Shown: positions 1 through 10,987 of the stretch, in pieces | Layout: every line of letters begins with the position of its first letter | Position numbering within the stretch: position 1 is the first letter of the stretch | Assembly (NCBI GenBank): GCA_036785375.1 | Contig: JAWMAR010000085.1 | Span: forward strand, 7,502,001 to 7,566,000 | Direction of reading: 5' to 3' | DNA length: 64,000 nucleotides | From: Leucoraja ocellata | Taxonomy: Eukaryota | Position numbers and translations under genes: made by a program | Notes under the pieces: model-generated | What the model saw: the letters and a program-made list of their open reading frames with translations, nothing else | Told to the model about the DNA's origin: nothing | Database searches by the model: none

Positions 1-210
1 TATCCTGTACCTGCCTTCTCTCCATACCCCCTGATCCCTTTAGCCACAAGGGCCACATCAAACTCCCTCTTAAATATAGCCAATGAACTGGCCTCAACTA
101 CCTTCTGTGGCAGAGAGTTCCAGAGATTCACCACGTTCTGTGTGAAAAATGTTTTTCTCATCTCGGTCCTAAAGGATTTCCCCTCTATCCTCAAACTGTG
201 ACCCCCTTGT
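1..210 (-). mobile_element. CR1 LINE 3' fragment
   Basis: Nearly identical to 44669-44873 and 57402-57610. Confidence 0.8.
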
Positions 211-499
211 CCCGACCTGAATCGTCACCTGTCCATGTTCTCCAGAGATGCTGCCTGACCTGCTGAGTTACTCCAGCACTTTGTGTCCTTTTGTGAGAGG
301 CAAACCTCTGTTTTATAAACTGACATCTGGACAGGTACATGGATAGGAAAGGTTTCGAGAGATACGGGCAGGAGGGCCTAGTGTAGATGGGGCATATCGG
401 TCAGCGTAGGCAAACTGAGATGAAGGGCCTATTTCCATGCTGTATGATGATGACTCTGTGCAGTTGCTTGTGTCCACATCTCTGTTCTAATGTTTGCAG

Positions 500-922
500 A
501 TCCCACGTACACCGTTCTCTCCAGATCCCTGAGGATGCCCAATTCCTCAGGGGACGCAGCGGAACTTGAGTGCGAAGTGTTGGACTTGCACAACGCTGAT
601 GAAGCCAAGTTAACCGTGGCCTGGACCTTCAAGCCGAACGTGTCCATTGGAGTTGCTGGTGAGAGCGGGCTGATAGCGGAGATGGATCAAGATTGGACTC
701 TGAAACTGAACCCTCGCTATAACGAGCGAGCCCAAAAGGGAGAGATAACCTTTACCAAACCCATGCCACATACGTTCAAGTTTCAGATGCAGCATGCATA
801 TGTCTCTGACAGAGGGGAATATTTCTGCAACGTTTCTGCCTGGGTTAAACAACGAGGAAACACGTGGATGAAAAAACAGGAAATACTTTCCTCTGCTATT
901 GTTATGGTCTGGAAAACTGAAG
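500..922 (+). CDS. PTGFRN: PTGFRN internal exon (V-set Ig domain, probably Ig4); gene begins upstream of the window
   Basis: Acceptor tttgcag|AT at 499/500 and donor GAAG|gtaaaa at 922/923, both phase 1. The translation has V-set hallmarks: LECEV, VAW and DRGEYFCNVSAWV (EWI-type). Confidence 0.9.
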
Positions 923-1673
923 GTAAAATGCCCCTCAACTTTCTGTGAGGACATTGTTCCCCTGACCCGTTGCTATGCTGTTATTTTATTTGGGGGTGAC
1001 ACTGTGCGCAATTTTGGAGTTGCTGCCTTACAGCGCCACAAGCTGCGGGTACTGTCCGATTCATCTCTACCCCATTTCATCTCTACCCCATTGCAGACAC
1101 TGGACTTTGTCCATGGAACTGGTGCACTACAATGCTGAGTGGGTGCTATAGTGGCACAATTGGTAGAGCACAGCTGGCGGAGGTAAAGAGCCTTACAGCC
1201 CCAGGGACCCGGGTTTGATTCTGACCTCAGCTTCTGTCTGTGACAGTGGGGGTTTCCTCCGGGTGCTCCGATTTGCACCCACATCCCAAAGATGTGCGGT
1301 TTAGTAGATTATTTGGCCCTCTGTAACTTGCCCCTGGTGTGTATGGAGTGGATGACAATGTGGGATAACATAGAAATAGTATGAACAGGTGATCGGGGGG
1401 GGGACGAGTAAAGATCAACAATGGACCCGGAGAAGGGCGTGGGGGTGGGAGAAGAAGGAAGAGGGACCAACGGGACTATGTTGATTACTTTTGTAACTTT
1501 GTCAGCGGCCGATACGTGGCGACTCTTGGAAATACTTGTGTATTGTATACAAAGCAAAGAAGCTCACTGTGGCATTGTACATGTGATACTCAAGCTGTCC
1601 TTTGGTGTATTAACCAGCATCTGCAGTTCCTTGTGTTTCAGCATGTAATGTTGGTGTCCCCTCTGCCCCTCAG

Positions 1674-2078
1674 ACCCAGGGCTCAGTGTCATGGCAACTG
1701 AGGAGAAACCAGCAGCTGCGATGGGACACACGTTTGAAATGACGTGCAGCGTTTCAGCAGAGCACGTGGCGGTCCCCTACTACTCCGTGGTGGTAGCGAT
1801 GAACGAGCCGGCCTCCATCGACAGCAAGAGGCTTATCTCACTGACGCGGGAGTCGGTGGTGAAACTGGAGCAGTGGGATGTCAAGGACCGGCCGGAAGAC
1901 ATTATCCTGGAGAAGGTCAGCGACCAGGAATTCCGATTCCGTCTGTACAGGACTCAGTTTTCCGACCAGGGCTCGTATTACTGTCTTGTCCAGGCGTGGA
2001 TACAAGACCACAATGGATTGTGGGCCGAGGCTGTCTCCAATAACTCAAACCCCATTGCCGTCGCCTTTACAACAGCAG
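1674..2078 (+). CDS. PTGFRN: PTGFRN internal exon (V-set Ig domain, probably Ig5)
   Basis: Acceptor cccctcag|AC and donor GCAG|gtgtgt. Translation includes FEMTCSVS, LEKVSDQEFRFRLYRTQFSDQGSYYCLVQAWIQD, which closely resembles mammalian PTGFRN Ig5 as I recall it. Confidence 0.92.
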
Positions 2079-3616
2079 GTGTGTTCTGAGTGTATCTTGC
2101 AGTGAAGTTTGCAATAGATTTCATTGTACTTAACACAATACAGCACAGGAATCGCCTCTTCGCATAAGTTGATAAGTCATAGGAGTAGAATTAAGCCATT
2201 CGGCCCATCGAGTCGAGTCTGCCATTCTATCATAGCTGATCTATCTTTCCCTCTCAACCCCATTCTCCTGTCTTCTCCCTGTAACCCCTGACATCCCTGC
2301 TAATCTCAAATCTGTCAATCTCTGCCTTTGAAATACCCAATAACGGCCTCCACAGCTGTCAGTGGCAATGAATTCCACAGATTCACCACCTCCTGGCTAA
2401 AATAATTCCTCCTCATTTCCCTTCTAGATGTACGTCCTCTGTGCCCTCTGGTCCTAGGTTCTCCCACCACACTCTCCCTCTCCACATCCATTCTATCCAG
2501 GCCTTTCACTCTTCTGCCCACAATGTCAGCCTTCACCGTGCAAAGTTAAACTAATCTTCTCTGCCTGCACGTGATGCATATAATGTTGCCTTTGCTTATT
2601 TCTCCTACCAAAATGCATCATCTCACATTTCTCTGCATGAAACACCATCTACAATGTATCTGCCTACTTCATCAGTTTGTATCCTGCTGTAATGCAATAT
2701 TATAGAACAGAGAATAATACAGGAACAAGCCCTCCTGCAAGTCCATGCCGAACATGATGCCAAGCTAAACTAATCTCTTCTGCCTGCATGTGATCCATAT
2801 CCCTCGATTCCCTGCATATCCATGTGCCTATCTAAAGGCCTCTTAAACGCCACTATTGTATCTCCCTCCACCACCACCCCAAGCAGCGCGTTCCAGGCAT
2901 CTTTGCACTAGACGATGTACCCTTTATCTTTGCACTGTGGACGGCTTGGTTGTATTCATGTTTGCACGCACCACCAGACTCAGGAACAGTTTCTTCCCCT
3001 CCGTTATTGGCCTTCTGAATGGTCCTGCCATAAGCTAGGGCATTATCCAATTCACCTCTATCCCATTGAGGACATTGGACTTTGTCTAAGGAACAGGTGC
3101 ACTACAATGCTGTTAACTATATTCTGCACTCTGTATCTTCCCGTCGCTCTACTATTGTTCTTGAGTTTGGCTTGATTGTATTTATGTATAGTATCATCTG
3201 ATCTGATTGGATGGCACGCAAACCAATGCTTTTCACTGTTTCTGAGACGTGCACGTGACAATAATAAACAAACAAGCGGATATAATTGCCTGCAATTCCA
3301 AATTCTGGATGGTGCAAAGTTGCTGAAAACACTGGTTCTTTTGAAGGTCCAGGACATTTGATGGATTTGATTTTCAAACTTTGAAAAAATCTTTTAAAGT
3401 AGCTTCTTGTTATAAAATACTGCACGGCTGAATGAAAATAGCATTAATGTTCAATATTATTGAAGAAAATATTTGTGAACTTGGGCCACATTATATGTTA
3501 GAGGCCAACATTGTGGAGTAAGTGTAAATGTTCTGTAAAGTTCTGATTCTCTTTTAAACAAGGATCTCATTTTCAGTAAAGAGATTTCAGTGCCAGATCA
3601 ATAAAGTAAAGACCAG

Positions 3617-3756
3617 GTATACAAAAATGCTGGAGAAACTCAGTGGGTGCAGCAGCATCAATGGAGCGAAGGAAATAGGCAACGTTTCGGGTTGAAACCC
3701 TTCTTCAGACTTTTGTGTACCTTCGAATTTCGAGCATCTGCAGTTCCTTCTTAAAC
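3617..3756. mobile_element. 140-bp Penelope-derived mini-element with hammerhead motif, partly inverted, 14-bp TSD
   Basis: AAAGTAAAGACCAG at 3603-3616 and 3757-3770. Minus-strand CTGAAGA-A-GGGTT-TC-AACCC-GAAA-CGTT within 3681-3710. Confidence 0.8.
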
Positions 3757-4495
3757 AAAGTAAAGACCAGATTGTGAGAGTGAATTAAAATATTTCAGTG
3801 AGACAAATAAAGACATCGCTGTATGTGGGATGGTTGCACGCTCCATTGCAAGGCTATTCCAAGTTTGCTACGGTTAGATTTACCCATTAATGTGTCCATA
3901 CTTGAATAGTTTACTGATAATCATCAACTATAATTTTCAATGGAGGAAAGGTGTTGCTGAAAGAAATATTGGACGATCAGCAAATGGTGGCAGACCTGTA
4001 CCTTTAAGGCCAAGATACGACTCTATACTTTTATGAAATGTGAAACTTGCAGAATACAAGGTGGCGCCAAAAACGTGGCGACTCTTCTTGTACTGCCTCA
4101 GTGTGATCTACCGTTCTTACACTACAATCATTGCACTCTTGTACTTGGGTATGAATGTGCTTACGTGTAGTAAGATTTTACTGAATGGGACGTGACAATA
4201 AAGTATCATCGAACCATTGAAGAAGCCAAAAGGCTGTGAGATAAGGAGAGAGGCGTGAACTGTGAAGCCAGTTCATAAGTCCCAGGAGCTAAATTGGGCT
4301 ATTTGGTCCATCGAGTCTACTCTGTCATTCAATCATGGCTGATCTGTCTTTCCCTCTCAACCCCATTCTCCTGCCTTCTCCCCGTAACCTTTGATGCCTT
4401 TATCTAGAGGAAAGGGAAAGAGAAATAGGTTTGTTTGTATTTAATGACGTGCATTATAAAGCTTATTTATTAATTTGTCTCCTTTTGCACTCCAG

Positions 4496-4603
4496 CTCCT
4501 AGGTTTAATGTGACTTTGGAGTCAAAGAGACCTCATGTGCACCAAGGAGAGACGTTGGAAATGTACTGCGTGGTTGATCTGCTGGATATACCAAGCACCT
4601 CGG
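4496..4603 (+). CDS. PTGFRN: PTGFRN 108-nt exon, N-terminal part of the last Ig domain (not in ORF track)
   Basis: Acceptor ttttgcactccag|CT and donor TCGG|gtaatt, phase 1-1. Reads (A)PRFNVTLESKRPHVHQGETLEMYCVVDLLDIPSTS and supplies the first Cys that the next exon lacks. Confidence 0.88.
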
Positions 4604-6602
4604 GTAATTTTAGACGTTATGCTCTGGATCTATTATAGTGTGTGATACCAAAATAGCTTCACCGGGCTGATTGACTCTCGGCAGCTCTGCACCTTCAGAC
4701 AGCTACGGTGACTTTTCACGGCAGCTGCAGCCACGTCGGAATCTGGTCCGTCTTTAATTCACACCGTCCCACTCCTAGAGCTTTACGCCAAATCTATACG
4801 TCTTGGGGAATGTTGCATTTGTCAGGGATGCAGTTACATGATGTGCAGGGTGCAAAAGACAATGCTGTTTAGTTTTAGAGATACTGCGCGGAAACAGGCC
4901 CTTCAGCCCACTTAGTCCGCACCGACCAGCAATCCCCACACATTACACTACCCTACACACAGTAGCGACAATTTCCACTTGTACCAAGCCAAGCCTACAA
5001 ACCTGTACGGAGAAAACCTACATGGTCACGGGGAGAACGTACAAACTCCATACAGACAGCTCCTGTAGGCAGGATCAAACCTGGGTCTCCGGCGCTGTAA
5101 GGCAGCAGCTCTACCGCTGCACAACCATACCGTGCTGCCCTGTGCCTCTTTAGATAGGCACAAAATGCTGGAATAAATCAGCAGGTCAGGCAGCATCTCT
5201 GGAGAAAAGGTATAGGTGACGTTTTGGGTTGGAACCTTTGTAGTTTAGAGATCCAGCATAGAAAGTGGCCCTTCAGCCCACTGAGTGCGCGCCAACCATC
5301 AACCACCCATTCACACTAGTTGCACCATTCCCTACACACTGGGGACAATTTACAGACACCATTTGGACAGTTACTTAGCTAGGAAATGGATATGGGCCAA
5401 ATGCGGGCAAATGGGATGTTTAGATGGGGTATCTTTCTCGGCATGGACATGTTGAGCCCAAAGGCCTGTTGCTGTGCTGCATGACTCTGACCTACGGACG
5501 CACTCATCTTTGGGATGTGGGAGGAAACCAGAGCACCTGGAGGAAACCCACACAGTCACAGGGAGAACATGCAAACTCCACACACAGACAGCACCCTGAG
5601 GTCAGGATCGAACCCGGGTCTCTGTGATGTCTTTCTTTCATGGGCGTTTGAATTGCTGAACCAGGCTGTGATGCAACCCTCTGGAATGTTATTGTCTTGG
5701 TTGTATTGTTATTGCCCCGGTTGTATTATTGTGACACAAATGAAGTGACATTTCTCAAATCCTGACATTATGTAGATTTTAGTTATTGTGCGTCTAGTAT
5801 CATGGAGTGGCGCGGTGGCAGAGTTGCTGCTTCACAACGCCAGAGACTCGGGTTCAATCCTGACTACGGGTGCTGTCTGTACGGAGTTTGTACATTCTCC
5901 CTGTGACCGCGTGGGTTTTATCTGGGTGCTCCAATTTATTCCCACACTCCAAACTCGTGCAGGTTTGTAGGTTAATTGGCTTCTGTAAATTGTAAATTGC
6001 TACTAATGTGCAGGATGGTCCTAGTATACAGGGTGATTGCTTGTTGGCACAGACTTGGTCGGCTGAAGGGCCTGTTTCTGCATTGCATCTCTAAAGTCTA
6101 AAGCAAAGTGGAGTTGTATAGTTTTAAATTAAGTTTCAGAAAAGGCTCCCCCGGCCCACCGAGTCTGCGCCGACCAGCGATGGCCCCGTACACTAGCACT
6201 GTCCTACACACTAGAGAAAATTTGCAATGTACAGAAGCCAATTAACCTACAGCCTGCATTGGATGATCAGCCATGATCATATTGAATGGCGGTGCAGGCT
6301 CGAAGGGCCGAATGGCCTACTCCTGCACCTAATTTCTATGTTTCTATGTCTTTGGAGTGTAGAAGGAAACCGGAGCACCCGGAGAAACCCACACGGTCAC
6401 AGAGAGAATGCACAAACTGTAGAAACAGCACCCGTAGTCAAGATCGAACGCGTGTCTATGGTGCTGTAAGGCAGCAACTCTACCGCTGCGCTATTGTGCT
6501 GCCCATTGTATCGTGGGTATAAATATGATTGAATTGAATTTATAAATGCCCATTGTCTTGGGCCATTCATTAATCCAAATGATTTATCACCTTTCCCCAT
6601 AG

Positions 6603-6902
6603 ATGTTTTGTATGAAGTGGAATGGTACTTCCAAGGAATTCATTTTAATGCCACACTGAGTCCTTTGGTGATGGTGGATCGGGGATCAGTAGTCACCTAC
6701 CAGGAAGACTTTGGGACGCGTGGGATCAGCGTTGAACGAGTTAGCACGCACAGCTTCCGACTGCGAGCCCACTGTGTGGACCGTGCCTTCACTGGAGATT
6801 ATTTTTGCAAAGTGACGCCCTGGATTAAATATGAGGCTGAAAAATGGGTCCAAATCCCTCCACAGGAATCCGCTCAGCTTTCCATGCGCATCGATATTTC
6901 AG
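6603..6902 (+). CDS. PTGFRN: PTGFRN exon, C-terminal part of the last Ig domain
   Basis: Acceptor tttccccatag|AT and donor TCAG|gttagt. Reads DVLYEVEWY...ISVERVS...GDYFCKVTPWIK. Confidence 0.9.
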
Positions 6903-7799
6903 GTTAGTGGAGACTTGCTCAGAGATACCTGAGAACAAATGTGTAGGGACGAACTGCAGATGCTGGTTTACACCAAATATGGACACAAAACGCTGCAGTA
7001 ACTCTGCAGATCAGGCAGCATCTCTGGGGGAAAGGAATAGGTGACTTTTCGGGTTGACTCCTTTCTTTAGACTGAGTGTCAGGTGAGAGGGAAACTAGAG
7101 GTATGAAAAGGTACAAAGAACAAATTAATTGTGCTTGGGCAGCTTATAACCCAATGGTATGCATCTTGATTTCTCTCATTTCAAGTAACCCTTGCATTCC
7201 CTCTCTCTCCATCCTTCCCTCGACTAGTTGTCCTACCAGTTTCCACTGTCATCCTGCTTAGTTTCACTGTTTGTTTCACCTCCATCACCTTTTCCCACAG
7301 CCAACAATGGACCATTGTGGGCTCCACCTTTCTTGATCACCATTGCTGGCTTTGATTTGTTCTTTTCACACCTTTTATTCACTTGTTTTTTTGTACCTTT
7401 TCATACCTCTAGTTTCTCTCTCCCCTGACCCTGAAGATGGGCCTTGATCTGAAATGTCATCTATTCCTTTTCTCCAGAGATGCTGCCTGACCCGCTGAGT
7501 TACTCCAACAATTTATGTCTTATCTACCAAACAAGACTCCAGTGCTTCATTCACCCTGTGCGAAGATATATCAGCTGAAAAAGGGTCCTGACCTGAAACC
7601 ATCTGCCTATCAACTCCACCCCCCCCCCCCCCCCCCCCCCCCTGTCTATATCCACCTATCACTCCCTGCCTGAGGTCATCTGTTGCCAGTCCTGATCTGT
7701 CCTGGCTTTTTCTTCCTACCCCCCACCGCCCTTTTCTACAATCAGTTTGAAGAATATCCTGACTCAAAACGTCACCTATCCATGTTCTCCAGAGATAGA

Positions 7800-9453
7800 C
7801 AATAATAATAATAATAATAATTACAATAATAATAATAAAAAATACTTTATTGATCCCCTCAGGGAAATTCAGATGTCCAGAAGCCCCAAACCAACAAACC
7901 CACAGATTCAAAACGAACGCAGACAGAAAATACATAGAATACACTGTGGACACTACCTGAGAGCAATAAATACTTAAAAAGACCAATAATTAACAATTAA
8001 AAATTAAAAATTGCAAGAGTGCATCCCCCTACAGCCCAGCGGTCCGAATTATAAAATCTAATGGCTGCAGGGGTGAAGGATGAGATATGAGATATGCCAT
8101 TTATTGTCACTATACATGTACAGTGAAACTGAAAGCTGCTCGTACTCAGTGCATACATACAATTTTACACAAAAAAACAAGAAACAGAAAAACAAAACAG
8201 AAGGGAGATGGGGGGGGGGGGGGGGAATAGGTGCACAAATTCTACGGCGCTACATACATATATACAGATGGAAGTCCGTGTTGGGCGGTGTAGTCAGTGC
8301 ATGTGTGGATTTGAATTTATGGTAGATATAATTCTCGGGAAGCAGCTATTCCTGAGTCTGTTTGACTCCTAAACCGCTCCGTTCTACAGGGCAGGGAGAG
8401 GAGCCGGTTGGTGTTCCGAGTGCTCTTTTGACTCTCCAGAATTACATGGAGGGGATGCCCGGGGTTTTTCAGGATGACCTGCACCTTGTGCCTCATACGC
8501 CTCTCAAGCACATCCATCCCAGAGTCTACTCTCCCCTCCAGCACTGAGCTAGCTCGTTTAACCAGTTTGACCGGCTTCTTGTTGTTTTTTGCACTAATGC
8601 TGTTGGCCCAGCAAACAACAGCGTAGAAAATAACACTTGCAACCACAGTGTTGTAAAACATGTGCAGCATGTCATTACACACATTGAAGGATTTGAGGCT
8701 TCTGAGGAAAAAGAGTCTGCTCTGGCCTTTTTTGTATAGGGGGTCAGAGTTGACAGACCAGTCCAGTTTGTTATCAAGGTGCACTTATGTCTGCACCACC
8801 TCAATGTCAGCCCCAGCAGTGTTGACCGGCTGAAGGGGGTGCTTGGACCTGCCAAAGTTAACCACCATCTCTTTAGTCTTCGTTGTGTTCAGGATGAGAC
8901 AGTTCTCTTCACTCCAGGCACAGAAGGCACTGGTCAAGTTCCTGTATTCCTCCTCCTGCCCGTTCCTTACACATGCCACAATCGCTGTATCATCTGAATA
9001 TTTCTGTACGTGGCATGTGTCAGACTTATAGTTAAAGTCTGCTGTATACAGGGTGAAGAGGAACGGGGCCAGAACCGTTCCCTGTGGGGCACCAGCATTG
9101 CACACCACTGTGCCAGAGACACTGTCCCCCAGCTTGACAAACTGTGGTCGACCCGTCAGGTAGCCGTCTATCCAGGAGATAAATGTGGAATCCACCCCCA
9201 TCTTCTTAAGCTTGTCATTCAGAATCCGGGGTTGGATGGTGTTGAACGCACTTGAGAAGTCGAAGAACATAATCCTCACATAGCCACCGGGTTTGTCCAA
9301 AAAGGAGTAGATCCGGTGCAGCATGTAGAGGACTGCGTCATTCACCCCAATGTTCTCCTGGTATGCAAACTGTAGTGGGTCGAGTGCATGCTGGACTTGT
9401 GGTCTCAGGAGACGAATGAGTAGCCGCTCCATTGTTTTCATGATATGGGATGT
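7800..9453 (-). mobile_element. Rex/Babar-clade LINE, 5'-truncated and frameshifted, with a second LINE tail nested at about 8080-8355
   Basis: ORFs 8785-9528 and 8317-8784 contain LDPLQFAY, DFSSAFNTI, GAPQGTVLAP and YSDD. (ATT)n tail at 7801-7838. Confidence 0.85.
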
Positions 9454-10447
9454 AAGGTGCAGGAGTAGGCCATTCGGCCCTTCGAGCCAGCATCGCCATT
9501 CAATGTGATCATGGCTGATCATCCCCAATCAGTACCCCATTCCTGCCTTCTCCCCATATCCCCTGACTCCTCTATCTTTAAGAGCCCTATCTAGCTCTCT
9601 CTTGAAAGTTTCCAGGGAACCGGCCGCCACCACCCTCTGAGGCAGAGAATTCTACAGATGCTGTCTGACCTGCTGAGTTACTCCAGCAATTTGTGTTTTG
9701 TTTTGATTTTTCACCTTAAATTAAAACTCCTGAACGTTAGATTTTAAGTAAAGTGTTCAAATGTTATCGGGGAGGAATTTCAATCCTTGTTTTTTTCTTG
9801 AACATTGTTAGGAACCAAAAGAATGAGAGTTTAATTGAGCAGATGAGTGAATAAAAAAAAACTTGAATAAGATTAAAATGCAAAGTGCTGGAGGAACTCA
9901 ACAGGTCAGGCAGCATCTGTGGAGGGAATGAACAGGAAATGTTGCTGGCTGGGACACTTCTTTAGGCTCTCTGCCTTTCAGGCCAGGGCCCTGGGTTTGA
10001 CTGGTGCTGTCCGTACGGAGTTTGCACGTTTTCCCAATGACTGCATGCATTTTCTCTGGGTGCTCCAGTTTCCTCCCACATGCCAAAGATGTACAGGATT
10101 GTAGGTTAATTGGCTTCGGTAAAATTGTAAATTGTCCCTAGTGTGTGGGATCGCTGGTCGGCGCGGTCTTGGTGGACCCAAGAGCCTGTTTCTCGCCGTA
10201 TCTCTAAAGTAAACTGATAAGATGCGGGTAATAGAAACAGGAACTAGCTTACTGAGTTGGATGATCAGCCATGATCATATTGAATGGCGGTGCAGGCTTG
10301 AAGGGCCGAATGGCCTACTCCTGCACCTAATTTCTATGTTTCTATGTTAATGGTGTGAGGAATTGAATTCTGAAGATACTTGTACTGACTTTTTTATTTC
10401 CACTTTTTGCTGTTTCCCTTCCCCCCCCCCCCCCCCCCCCCCTCCAG

Positions 10448-10611
10448 TGCTAGACTCCTTCAAGATGCCGCTCTTGTACGGAGTAGTCAGTGCCTTACTG
10501 GTTGGAATTCTCGCCTGCACCATCGGTTATTGTGCCTTCCCAAAGCCTCAAAGAAGGAGGACTGCACCCCTGGACGAGAGACGTGGGTTACTCCACAAAT
10601 GCCTGAGCTGA
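10448..10611 (+). CDS. PTGFRN: PTGFRN terminal coding exon: transmembrane helix and short basic cytoplasmic tail
   Basis: Poly-C tract then cag|TG. Reads (V)LDSFKMPLLYGVVSALLVGILACTIGYCAFPKPQRRRTAPLDERRGLLHKCLS*, similar to human VLNAFKYPLLIG...LIGYC...ERRRL. Confidence 0.92.
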
Positions 10612-10981
10612 GACGACCTCCAGCCACGTTCACCACCAACGATTGAACGAACCACTCAAACTACCTGTACTCTGACACTTGGGGGAGGACAAGCAAAGCC
10701 GGATCTTTTAGATATTTACCACGCGCAGTGATTTGTAATTTAAAACAAAAAGCCATGTTCATTTTCTTTGCGTGGAGTAAAAAATATTTTGGGAATGTCA
10801 GTGTGATTTTTTTAATTTTTTTTTTTTAAGATTTTTTTTGCAGTAAATTACGCTACGGCGATGTCGCCGATTTCCTCTCCTTTTCCCCAGTTTGGACGTG
10901 AAGAGCTGGACCCGGTCACGTTCCCCGGTGTCTGCGGATCGGACACCGTATCATTGCGCTTGCAACACTGACGGAGTGCAC

Positions 10982-10987
10982 AATAAA
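10982..10987 (+). promoter_or_regulatory. Candidate polyadenylation signal of PTGFRN
   Basis: First AATAAA after the stop codon (about 370 nt downstream), followed by T/GT-rich sequence and then repeats. Confidence 0.55.

Noticed and set aside
10597-10611. C-terminal CaaX prenylation motif in PTGFRN (HKCLS*)
   Set aside because: The Cys is third from the end, not fourth.
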